Assembly (NCBI GenBank): GCA_018662075.1
Contig: JABJGX010000011.1
Span: 1-43,407, forward strand
Reading direction: 5' to 3'
Length of the DNA: 43,407 bases
DNA from: Candidatus Peregrinibacteria bacterium
GTDB lineage: Bacteria > Patescibacteriota > Gracilibacteria > Peribacterales > Peribacteraceae
Part shown: positions 8,350 through 17,051 of the stretch, in pieces
Layout: each line of letters begins with the position of its first letter
Numbering within the stretch: the first letter of the stretch is position 1
Translations under genes and position numbers: made by a program
The notes under the pieces: model-generated
The model's database searches: none
What the model was told of the DNA's origin: nothing
Seen by the model: only the letters and a program-made list of their open reading frames with translations

Positions 8350-10602
8350 ATGAGTCAGGAATTAGATGAATTGCGCAAGCGGGTACTATCAGCTCCTATG
8401 GAGCCTGGGGTTTATCGATGGCTCAATGCAAAAGGAGACATTATCTACGTTGGTAAAGCAAAAAATCTAAAAAACAGAATGCTATCATATGTACAATCGG
8501 GCTTGTCCGCCGAAGCCTCGGCGAAGGCGGGACCCTGGAAACTATCACTCATAAAAAACATTGCAGACTTCGATGTCACCATCACAACATCAGAGCTCGA
8601 GGCACTGATCCTCGAGACGAATCTGATTAAAGAAATCCAACCAAAATATAATGTGTTGATGAAAGATGGCAAGAGCTACGTCTATGTTCGCATCTCGACC
8701 AAAGACCAGTACCCAAGTATTTCGATTGTCCGAAAAATGGAAGACGATAAAGCTGCTTACTTTGGTCCGTACTTAACAGCATACAATATCAAGAGAACAC
8801 TCGACATGCTGCACGATGTTTTTCGGTACCGTGCATGCGAGGGGTCTGTTCTTGCGCTGAACAAAGAAAAGAAAGTAGGTCGTGCATGTCTGGAATACCA
8901 AATCGGAAAATGTAACGGACTCTGCGTCGGTGATGTAACCAAAAAACAATACCGCGAAGGCATAGAAGAAGTCATGCGATTCCTAAAAGGAGACTACGCA
9001 ACAACGGTACTGTCTCTAAAAGATATGATGGAAGTAGCAGCAACCGAAAAGAAGTTTGAGCGCGCAGGAAAGCTTCGTGACACCCTGAAATACATTGCCA
9101 CTCTTAATGAACAACAAACCGTATCAGACACATCCCGAGAAGACACAGATGCAATTGGAATGGCAGTACAAAACGGTAAAGTGCAAGTAGTAGTCTTACA
9201 CGAACGCAATGGAAGAGTCGTAGACGAGCGAAGCTTCGCTGTCTCTGGAGAATCGGACTCGGTAAGTGATGCCCTCTCGCAGCTGATCCCCCAGCTCTAT
9301 AGTTCTGCACCAGAAATCCCAGACTTAGTCGTGATTCCAGAGGAGCCAGAAGACATCGCCGTGCTGGAAGAGTGGCTCACACAAATGCGCGGGAAAAAGG
9401 TAGAGCTCAGAGCTGCCGAGCGCGGTAAGAAATCGAAACTCTTGGCCCTTGCACAAAGTAATGCCACGCAAAAGATATCCCAGCAGTTTGCAAAGTGGGA
9501 AGCTGCTTCAAAAAACATTGCAGACGCATTAGAAGACCTTAAAGACACACTAAAACTTCCAGGTATTCCGAGTCGCATCGAAGGCTACGACATTTCACAC
9601 CTCGGTGGAACAGAAACTGTCGGGTCTATGGTCGTCATCAAGAACGGAAAACCTGCAAACCCTGAATATCGGTCATTCACAATAAGAACAATGCAGAGCG
9701 GTGAAATAGATGATTACAAAGCACTAAAAGAAGTACTTAGGCGTAGGCTGCACTATCTAGTAGAAGAAAATACAGAGATCGTAATAACAAAACTGAAAAA
9801 GAAAGAGCGAGAAGAGTGGTCCGCAGATAAAAAGAAGAGGCTAGAGGTCCCTAAAGATTGGAAAGAAGAAGTACTCGTTGTACGCGAAAACGAAACAGAG
9901 CTTCTGACACTTGACCTTAGAAAATCTGCAAAAGACAAAATAATCTACGGGACAATAGATATACAGACAAAAGATGATGCACTATTACACAGCGCACTCG
10001 ATACGCTAGAAAAAGAAATTGGAAAGCGCGAGTGGTATCTCTGCTGTCAGACTGATGTTGATACCGATATGTTTGCACTACACGGGCTCATGGATTCAGT
10101 GAAAAAAATGCCTGACCATTTCAAGTCTAACTGCGCACATATGTTCCATCGTCGGAAGACAATTAGTGATGCATCGTTAAATTCTACACCAGACCTTTTG
10201 GTTATAGATGGCGGAAAAGGACAGCTGAGCAGTGTAAAAGAAGTACTCGACGAACTGAAAATGACGATCCCTGTTATCGGCCTCGCAAAACGAGAGGAGG
10301 AAGTATTTTTACCAGGACAGTCTTTACCGGAAGACCTTCCAAAGAATTCCCAAGCTAGTTTTTTGCTGCAAAGACTCCGGAACGAAGCACACAGGTTTGC
10401 AAACTCTCACAGAGAAAAACGTATCGCAAAAGGACTGATAGGTTCTGCACTCGACTCGGTCCCAGGTATTGGTGACATTACGAAAAAAGAATTGCTTCAA
10501 AAGTTCGGCTCTGTAGCAGGGATTATCGCAGCTCCAGATGCAGAGATACTAAAAATAGTGAATACTCAAAAGCTCGAAGATCTACGAAAGCACCTTACGT
10601 AG
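8350..10602 (+). CDS. uvrC: Excinuclease ABC subunit C with two insertions
   Basis: GIY-YIG (PGVY..IYVGKAKNL, EALILE.NLIK..PKYN), Cys-rich region, UVR domain, RNase H-like (RIEGYDISH, DDY, PDLLVIDGGKGQL, RNEAHRFA), HhH. Confidence 0.97.
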   Translation: MSQELDELRKRVLSAPMEPGVYRWLNAKGDIIYVGKAKNLKNRMLSYVQSGLSAEASAKAGPWKLSLIKNIADFDVTITTSELEALILETNLIKEIQPKYNVLMKDGKSYVYVRISTKDQYPSISIVRKMEDDKAAYFGPYLTAYNIKRTLDMLHDVFRYRACEGSVLALNKEKKVGRACLEYQIGKCNGLCVGDVTKKQYREGIEEVMRFLKGDYATTVLSLKDMMEVAATEKKFERAGKLRDTLKYIATLNEQQTVSDTSREDTDAIGMAVQNGKVQVVVLHERNGRVVDERSFAVSGESDSVSDALSQLIPQLYSSAPEIPDLVVIPEEPEDIAVLEEWLTQMRGKKVELRAAERGKKSKLLALAQSNATQKISQQFAKWEAASKNIADALEDLKDTLKLPGIPSRIEGYDISHLGGTETVGSMVVIKNGKPANPEYRSFTIRTMQSGEIDDYKALKEVLRRRLHYLVEENTEIVITKLKKKEREEWSADKKKRLEVPKDWKEEVLVVRENETELLTLDLRKSAKDKIIYGTIDIQTKDDALLHSALDTLEKEIGKREWYLCCQTDVDTDMFALHGLMDSVKKMPDHFKSNCAHMFHRRKTISDASLNSTPDLLVIDGGKGQLSSVKEVLDELKMTIPVIGLAKREEEVFLPGQSLPEDLPKNSQASFLLQRLRNEAHRFANSHREKRIAKGLIGSALDSVPGIGDITKKELLQKFGSVAGIIAAPDAEILKIVNTQKLEDLRKHLT
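8502..8531 (+). repeat. 30-bp palindromic mini-element inserted in frame in uvrC (encodes LSAEASAKAG)
   Basis: CTTG-TCCGCC-GAA-GCC-TC-GGC-GAA-GGCGGG; GC-rich hairpin, second copy at 32364-32395 on minus strand. Confidence 0.75.
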
Positions 10603-11173
10603 ACTGAGACCCTGAACGAATTGGACCGTTTCCATCAACGTATCGCTGGTAGTACGTCACCGTGCTAGAGATCTTTGCTGCCACCTGATCTGCATTGGGA
10701 ACAAATTTGAGAGCAATCACACCACCCCCCTCTCCCTCTTTTAGGTTTATAATAATCTTTCCAAAGCCAAAGATATTTCCATACTGCGTTTCGGATGCAA
10801 TGCTTCCGATATTTTCGAGATGAATCGGATTAACCTTCTGACGAATAAGGGAAGTCTGATCAACAAGAACTAGCTTATCTGTAGTAACCAAAATAAAATC
10901 GTACCGCCAGTCTATCCACGCTGACAAGAAGTTGAAGAATATGAAGAAGAACCACACTGTAAAAAGCACCCCACTCACCCAAAGCATAGGGACCTCTAGG
11001 AACCAAAGTCCTATTCCTATAGAAAATATGAACATTGTCACAAATACCTCTCGAACCGTGGCAAAGAAGAAGCTGAGAGCATGGTAATACGTCATAAGAA
11101 CTACCTCCTCCCCATTAGATAGGCATTGGTTCTTTATAACCTCCGGATCGGTCTCAAGGGCAAGAATACGCAT
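10595..11173 (-). CDS. Membrane protein with bacterial PH domain
   Basis: Two TM helices then W.Y...VTTDKLV..Q..., I.LENI.SI.., GNIFGFGKIII.., FVPNA pattern. Confidence 0.75.
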   Translation of the reverse strand: MRILALETDPEVIKNQCLSNGEEVVLMTYYHALSFFFATVREVFVTMFIFSIGIGLWFLEVPMLWVSGVLFTVWFFFIFFNFLSAWIDWRYDFILVTTDKLVLVDQTSLIRQKVNPIHLENIGSIASETQYGNIFGFGKIIINLKEGEGGGVIALKFVPNADQVAAKISSTVTYYQRYVDGNGPIRSGSQST

Positions 11174-11225
11174 AGAAGCTATACTACCGTAATCAGTCAG
11201 CTTTGGGAATTTCTCCAGAGATCTT

Positions 11226-11253
11226 TTGCGTTTAGCCTCTATATGCGTAGAAT
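11226..11253 (+). promoter_or_regulatory. Putative promoter for tRNA-Glu
   Basis: TTGCGT (11226-11231), 16 nt spacer, TAGAAT (11248-11253), 9 nt before the tRNA. Confidence 0.5.
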
Positions 11254-11262
11254 TCCCCAGTT

Positions 11263-11337
11263 GGCCCGTTCATCTAATGGTTAGGATACCAGGTTCTCAT
11301 CCTGGAAATAGGGGTTCGATTCCCCTACGGGCTACCA
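11263..11337 (+). tRNA. tRNA-Glu (anticodon CTC), CCA encoded
   Basis: Acceptor stem GGCCCGT/ACGGGCT+ACCA; anticodon arm CCAGG-TTCTCAT-CCTGG; T arm AGGGG-TTCGATT-CCCCT. Confidence 0.97.
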
Positions 11338-11432
11338 ACTCATAAATCATATATTGACAGAATGTATTATTAAACTTCTATACTACTGTAGAAGTTGTTA
11401 AAAGTGCTGTTTTATGGTAAAATAGTAAGATT

Positions 11433-11774
11433 ATGCAAAAACAAAAACTCATTGAGGAGCTAACACTTCTAACAGGGCGATCTGCGATACTTACACCACA
11501 TCATAAAAAGGCAATTCTTAAAGCTTTGCCGACAATGAAACAAGAAAAGATACTAGAGCTTCAAGAAATTCTTGGAGAAGAAAGATCTGTGATTGCAGTA
11601 TTTGCAGAACAGACTATTTCACAAGCAATACAGCACGGTGATACAAAAATATTCAAAAAAATGGATTCATTGCTTGTAAAAACGAATAAGAAATTACTAA
11701 AGACGGATGAAGTTACAAGCACATCCATAGAACAAGGACAGCTAGAACACTTCTTTGATGACATAACTACATGA
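11433..11774 (+). CDS. Small helical hypothetical protein (113 aa), coupled to the giant gene
   Basis: TGnTAAAAT 9 nt upstream; ATGA overlap with the 1503-aa gene. Confidence 0.75.
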   Translation: MQKQKLIEELTLLTGRSAILTPHHKKAILKALPTMKQEKILELQEILGEERSVIAVFAEQTISQAIQHGDTKIFKKMDSLLVKTNKKLLKTDEVTSTSIEQGQLEHFFDDITT

Positions 11775-14700
11775 TAAATCAAAGTCCAGATCGGCAATCC
11801 TATAACAAGCGCATCCAAGAAACGCAAAATGATATCGATAAAACGGATTCAAAACTCGATAGCAGAATTGATATAGATGGTATGGACCCAGAAGAGCAAG
11901 AAGCTCTGAAAGAGGCGTACATAGATAAGGTAAATTTGATGCAGGGAAAAGTACATCGATCATTTGAGAATATTGATATCCAACGAAACCTTCGCTCTCC
12001 TCAGTGGAGAAAATGGGAGAAAGAAATCATCACAGTTGAAGCGAACCTTTTAATGATTCTTAGAAAAGAGAGTTCTAGACTAAATCGTTCAAATAAAGAA
12101 GCTAATGCAACATCAGGCCTCGATGATTTTAATAAAAAAATAGATTCATTTCTTCATGAAATTGATGCAATTGATGAAGTGCATAACACGCCTGCTCCAG
12201 CGGAAAAACTTAATGAAAAAGAGCCAGAGAAGCTCCGCTCTGCAGATGCCATATTCCATGAATGGAATGTCCCAGGGACAGACGAGGAGATCACAGAGAA
12301 GGCGCAGAAAGCAAACGAACGATACGGAGAAGAAACCTTACGCAATCTCGATGCAACTCTCTCATTGTATGATGCTCTAGATCCAGAATTAAGAAAGAAG
12401 CTCTTTAAACAAAGTACTACTGTAAGGCTTCCACAAGTAGCTGGGCAATTAGCAAATGGAACATTTGAGTCCTCCCCTCTTGGGTTCCTTCTTACAGAAG
12501 ATATTGAAACCATTGAAGGTCAACTATTGATAGAACGAGAAGAAATAATAGATGTCATCGGAAGAAAGACCTCAGAAGTACAATCTCTTAAAGAGGCAAC
12601 CACCGAGACTATTACAAGACTATGTAAAGTGGCTGGTATAGACGTAGGAAAAGAGAACGTTCTCAGCGATATCTATTCATGGATGGCCAATACCAATGGT
12701 AAACCTGAACTACAAAAAAAGATTGTGGGAGAAATTAGAGATATGGCTAAAAAAGTTACAGAACTGCAAAAAGAGTCACAGGATTTGTATCCTCAAGTGA
12801 CTACGATAGAACGTGCATTTAATGTATTTGACACAAATAACGCTCGTAATGTGGGCAATGCAAAAGAGGAAGCACAGTTACGCTACCGAGGAGCGCTGGA
12901 ATATGGCATCCCATTCCCAGGTGATGCTGAATTACAAAAACTACTTCGACCAACACAAATGAATCTATTAAAAGGAGAGCCCGAAAAGGCTTTGCACGTA
13001 TCTATAGATGAGCTCAATACATTCATGGAACAAAATCCAAACCTAGATACTCTTCATCGTGTTGATGTTCTATCTTTACATAGTGTACGAAAACGCAAAG
13101 TTACTAAAGCTACATTCCAGACGTTCACAGTGGCTAGTAATCCTCTTGATGCCTTTAGGCGTTCCAAAAATGCAGCGTTCGATATAGGAGGAAGCCTAGA
13201 TACCAAACAAAAAACATATACGGTACTAACAGAACTGGGGACAATAGCGAATGGGGATGAGATTATTGCTATAAAGCTTCCACCTTACAATGGAAGACCA
13301 AGCGAAAAGGTAATCGCCATACGTAATACAAATGGCATTGTTCAGCTGCAGGATGGAACTGTTATTGAAAAGCCAGATAAATTGCAGCCTATGATTATTA
13401 ACTCTATGAATGGCGATGGAGAAACAACCTACGTCTCTAAGGAGACATCAAAATACTTACAAGAAAATGTAAATATTGGGAGTAAAAACAGGGTGATACT
13501 CAGAAATCGTGATGCCATAAATTCTAAAGAGTCTTTTACTGGAGGAACATCGATAAGGATGCTCGATACATCGCAGCTGCAACTTGCATCACGTGATGGA
13601 AAAGGGATGCTAATTATCAAAGGTGCAGATGGCAAACAAGAAGAGTCAATCAACGAAGAGTTCCTACTAAAAGGAAGTGCAGAGCATGGAGGCGATGTCC
13701 TACAAAGCATCGATAAAAACCCAATTGTTCAAGGTATCACAAAGCGAGCAGGTGGACTCCAAGAGAACATGCAGAATATGCAAACAATGTTAGAAACTGC
13801 AATGGACAGCAAGGCAACAACCCAAGGAGCTTTTGTAGATCAGATGCGAAGTTATGCTAGACCGATGCTGGCAACCATGGAAGACCCTGCAACTCGTCAA
13901 AATATCGTACAAGCAAAAAACCTTCTCCAGTCAGAGCTCAGTCGTGTGAAGCTAGGAAGCTATGTTGGAAGTGGAATAGAAAGTGAGATACAAGATCGTA
14001 TCGATGCACTAGACGGCTACATTACGGTGCTCAATGATAACCAGCTAAAGAATGCACTGCAAAATGCAATGGAGCTAAAACCCGAAGAATGGGCTGAATG
14101 GTTGAGCACTGATGGCCTCATCATGCTTGGTGCTATTGCCCTAGCGATAGTGGCCATTGTTGCATTAACAGTGCTTACAGGAGGAGCAGGACTTATTGCT
14201 ATCTCTGCAGTAGGTGCAGCAGGTGGACTAATTGGCGGAGAGCTAACAAAAGAAGGGCTGCACCATGCTTATAATACTTGGGGTGGAGCTGCTTCGGGTG
14301 AATATCGATATAATGATAGATCACGATTCGGTGCGTACCTTGAAGGACAAAAACTATACGACCCAAAGACAAAAGAGTTTGTAGATATGAGCTTTCTAGA
14401 AAACGTAGCTGCGCCATATGCACGAGACTTTGCAGTTAGCTTTGCAACAACAGCCCTTGCGCTTGGTGCAGGGCAGGCTGTCGGGAATAGTCTGAGTAAA
14501 CTAGCGCAGAATTCTAAATGGATACAGGCTCTCTCAAAGAATAACAAAGTTGCAAATAGCATTATGAAAAAGTTATCTGGCCTTGCAGATGATGCAGCAA
14601 CAATTCCAAAGAACATGAAGGAATTTGCTGGAAAATCCCTAAAAGAAATTGCTGATGAGCTCGGGGATGAACTCGTACTAGAAAAGAGTGCAGAAGGTGT

Positions 14701-16282
14701 TCTTAATCGTATTGACAGTCGATTAGGTTCGCTTGCGACATTCTTCGTCGCTGCTGGAAAAGGGTTTAAGCCAATGGCTGGAGGAAAGCTTAGCTACGGA
14801 GCAGAAAAGAAAAGTGCTGATGTGCGAGTAGACATAGAAAGCCAAGGTCACACTATTGTTTCTGAGATAAATGGTGTCTTTGACGTGAAAACATACGATG
14901 GAAAAACCCTTATTATAGAACCAGAAACAGTAACGGAAGCCACCAGTAATACTGAAGCCTTAGACCTTGCTACGCAACATGACCTTGCAGCACTAAAAGA
15001 ATATGTAAAAGCGCATGATATAGATGACTCCACTCGTATCACTCTTGCAGAAACTGTACTCGACCGCACACTGAGCCCAGCAGATCGCAAAGCTTTGATC
15101 ACTGCGCACAACAAACCTGGAACTATCGATGAACTCACACCAAGTGAACTTAAAGTAAAAGCTACAGAACTCCGGGATAACGCAACATTTACAAAGACAG
15201 AACGAAGAATGCTCATAGAAGCAGGTCTAGCAGGACGGCCACCAGTAATAGGTACGAGAAAAGGTCCGCCGCCGCCTCCTCCAATGAGAAATAAGAAGAG
15301 GCCACCGCCAGCAATAGGTGTTATGAAAAGCTCTCCTGAAAGTAAAAAAGATCCTCTTCTGCCATCTATACAATTAAGTGACATCAATGTACTTACTGGA
15401 GATCAGCGAAAAGCATACATTAAATCTAAGATGAACAATCCATTATGGATAAGGTCATTAGGTGCCGCGCAACGAAGAATGACTGTGTTCCCATCAAAAG
15501 AAAATACTCACCACATACTTTGGGTAAAAGATAATAGCGGTCCAACAAATACTGTTGGAGCTAAAACTCTTTCGTATAAATATCTAATGAGCCCTGAAGG
15601 ATCATTAGAGCATTCAATATTTTTAGAAGGTGAGAAGATGATGATGAAAGCATTTGCAGATGCTCAATCAATGTTTCCAAAAAATGTAAAAGTAGCTACT
15701 GGTTTTACAGTAGAAAGCATGAGTGCAGATACCGGAATGAGCCATGGTAATCTATTGGGCTACAAAGTGAATACTGATAACACCAATAGGCTATTTACAT
15801 TAATAGCAGAGGCAAGAAAGACCGGAGATTACTCAAAAGTAGAAAGTCATATTGATTGGATAAAATCTGCCTTTGCACATGAAACAACTCATGCCGCACG
15901 TAATGACCTTGATAATCTTCCAGGACTTAATGCAAACGAAGTTCCATCACATGCAGTCCAATTCTTAACAATATGGGATAAGCCTGACAGGTTCTTCTCC
16001 CAAAGAATAAGCTCACTAAAGAATAAGCCGCTAAGTAGTTTCGGTAGAATCCATGGAGAACTTGGAGGCCTTAAGGTGGTACAAGAGAAACTTATTGCCT
16101 GTAGCGACTGTTCCTATAAGCCAAAAGATCTGACACCTGTGGAGCTAAAGAAGGCTATTGAATCTATTCCAGAGGCAAAGCGTGGTTCTGTAATCGATAC
16201 AATGGTCGCGGAGTTAGTAACAACACCAGTAGCTGATTTTCAGGCTAATGTTCGCACTGTATTTGATGAATCTCAAAAGTAG
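11771..16282 (+). CDS. Giant protein (1503 aa): coiled-coil N-terminus, Gly/Ala-rich hydrophobic hairpin, poly-Pro linker, C-terminal HExxH metallopeptidase-like domain
   Basis: LIMLGAIALAIVAIVALTVLTGGAGLIAISAVGAAGGLIGG; KGPPPPPPMRNKKRPPP; AFAHETTH...NE. Confidence 0.85.
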   Translation: MINQSPDRQSYNKRIQETQNDIDKTDSKLDSRIDIDGMDPEEQEALKEAYIDKVNLMQGKVHRSFENIDIQRNLRSPQWRKWEKEIITVEANLLMILRKESSRLNRSNKEANATSGLDDFNKKIDSFLHEIDAIDEVHNTPAPAEKLNEKEPEKLRSADAIFHEWNVPGTDEEITEKAQKANERYGEETLRNLDATLSLYDALDPELRKKLFKQSTTVRLPQVAGQLANGTFESSPLGFLLTEDIETIEGQLLIEREEIIDVIGRKTSEVQSLKEATTETITRLCKVAGIDVGKENVLSDIYSWMANTNGKPELQKKIVGEIRDMAKKVTELQKESQDLYPQVTTIERAFNVFDTNNARNVGNAKEEAQLRYRGALEYGIPFPGDAELQKLLRPTQMNLLKGEPEKALHVSIDELNTFMEQNPNLDTLHRVDVLSLHSVRKRKVTKATFQTFTVASNPLDAFRRSKNAAFDIGGSLDTKQKTYTVLTELGTIANGDEIIAIKLPPYNGRPSEKVIAIRNTNGIVQLQDGTVIEKPDKLQPMIINSMNGDGETTYVSKETSKYLQENVNIGSKNRVILRNRDAINSKESFTGGTSIRMLDTSQLQLASRDGKGMLIIKGADGKQEESINEEFLLKGSAEHGGDVLQSIDKNPIVQGITKRAGGLQENMQNMQTMLETAMDSKATTQGAFVDQMRSYARPMLATMEDPATRQNIVQAKNLLQSELSRVKLGSYVGSGIESEIQDRIDALDGYITVLNDNQLKNALQNAMELKPEEWAEWLSTDGLIMLGAIALAIVAIVALTVLTGGAGLIAISAVGAAGGLIGGELTKEGLHHAYNTWGGAASGEYRYNDRSRFGAYLEGQKLYDPKTKEFVDMSFLENVAAPYARDFAVSFATTALALGAGQAVGNSLSKLAQNSKWIQALSKNNKVANSIMKKLSGLADDAATIPKNMKEFAGKSLKEIADELGDELVLEKSAEGVLNRIDSRLGSLATFFVAAGKGFKPMAGGKLSYGAEKKSADVRVDIESQGHTIVSEINGVFDVKTYDGKTLIIEPETVTEATSNTEALDLATQHDLAALKEYVKAHDIDDSTRITLAETVLDRTLSPADRKALITAHNKPGTIDELTPSELKVKATELRDNATFTKTERRMLIEAGLAGRPPVIGTRKGPPPPPPMRNKKRPPPAIGVMKSSPESKKDPLLPSIQLSDINVLTGDQRKAYIKSKMNNPLWIRSLGAAQRRMTVFPSKENTHHILWVKDNSGPTNTVGAKTLSYKYLMSPEGSLEHSIFLEGEKMMMKAFADAQSMFPKNVKVATGFTVESMSADTGMSHGNLLGYKVNTDNTNRLFTLIAEARKTGDYSKVESHIDWIKSAFAHETTHAARNDLDNLPGLNANEVPSHAVQFLTIWDKPDRFFSQRISSLKNKPLSSFGRIHGELGGLKVVQEKLIACSDCSYKPKDLTPVELKKAIESIPEAKRGSVIDTMVAELVTTPVADFQANVRTVFDESQK

Positions 16283-16321
16283 TAAAATATTTTGCACCCA
16301 CAGCCCCATCCACCAGTCTTT

Positions 16322-16337
16322 CCCTACGGGCTACCAA
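16322..16337 (+). repeat. att-like duplicate of the tRNA-Glu 3' end
   Basis: Identical to 11323-11338. Confidence 0.85.
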
Positions 16338-16338
16338 T

Positions 16339-16363
16339 TTCCTCTTGCAGGAGGGATTTTTTT
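16339..16363 (+). terminator. Intrinsic terminator, probably the displaced tRNA-Glu terminator
   Basis: TTCCTCT-TGCA-GGAGGGA hairpin (with G:U pairs) followed by T7. Confidence 0.65.
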
Positions 16364-16381
16364 CGATATGATCTTGCGGTT

Positions 16382-16774
16382 ATGAAACTCTGGTTTGGAA
16401 AATATAGGCCACGACATGAACTCATCGTAAAGAAAGGACTCGCAGGTCTTGGGCTTTTTGCCACAGATGATATCCTGAAAGATGACTTTATCATTGAATA
16501 CACAGGCCCACTACTCACAGAAGAGCAATCAGAAGAAAAAGCAGGCTTATATTTATTTGCAGTCACCGATACCAAGTGGACCATCGATGGCAGTGGCCGC
16601 GAAAACATTGCCAGATATATAAACCATAGCTGCAAACCAAATTGCACCCCGTATGCAGATGGCAAACGTATCGTTATTCATGCGAAACGAAATATTAAAG
16701 CAGGTGAGGAGCTGACCTATAACTATGGCAAAGAATATATGGATGACCTCAACTGCAGGTGTCCGCACTGCTAG
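16382..16774 (+). CDS. SET-domain protein-lysine methyltransferase with post-SET Cys motif
   Basis: GLGLFA, IIEYTG, ARYINHSCKPN, IKAGEELTYNYG, CRCPHC; ATG 16382 chosen (TATGAT 9 nt upstream). Confidence 0.93.
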   Translation: MKLWFGKYRPRHELIVKKGLAGLGLFATDDILKDDFIIEYTGPLLTEEQSEEKAGLYLFAVTDTKWTIDGSGRENIARYINHSCKPNCTPYADGKRIVIHAKRNIKAGEELTYNYGKEYMDDLNCRCPHC

Positions 16775-16789
16775 TGGTATACTTCGCGT

Positions 16790-17041
16790 ATGCCTCACTA
16801 CTTCTATCTTGCCCGCTGTAAAGACGATTCGCTGTACAGTGGAACATGTATCAACCTAGAGCAGCGCGAAGCCACGCATAACGCAGGAAAAGGTGCCAAG
16901 TACACACGGGCAAAAGGCCCCGTGAAGTTTGTGTACCACGAAACATTTGAAACCCTCAGCGAAGCCCGCAAACGTGAAGCCGAAGTAAAAAAAATGTCTA
17001 AGACAGAAAAGGAGAAGCTAGCATCAGAAATATCCCCTTAA
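16790..17041 (+). CDS. Small GIY-YIG nuclease (UPF0213/YazA-like)
   Basis: YFYLARCKDDSLYSG..R...HNAGKGAKYTR..EARKREAEVK. Confidence 0.92.
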   Translation: MPHYFYLARCKDDSLYSGTCINLEQREATHNAGKGAKYTRAKGPVKFVYHETFETLSEARKREAEVKKMSKTEKEKLASEISP

Positions 17042-17051
17042 TACCTAATAC

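Larger units (their letters stand above)
11323..16337. mobile_element. Genomic islet integrated at the tRNA-Glu 3' end (no integrase inside)
   Basis: 16-bp perfect direct repeat CCCTACGGGCTACCAA at 11323-11338 and 16322-16337; terminator-like hairpin follows the distal copy. Confidence 0.8.

Noticed and set aside
9760..10167. Intein in UvrC (also considered for the SecD insert)
   Set aside because: No N-terminal Cys/Ser block, no His-Asn plus Cys/Ser/Thr junction, no LAGLIDADG motifs
16292..16381. TTG-start N-terminal extension of the SET protein
   Set aside because: Runs through the att repeat and terminator; ATG 16382 has a -10 box and gives a normal SET length
16790..17041. GIY-YIG protein as mobiliser of the islet or mini-element
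   Set aside because: Lies outside the att repeat, has no flanking element copies, and resembles the widespread UPF0213 family
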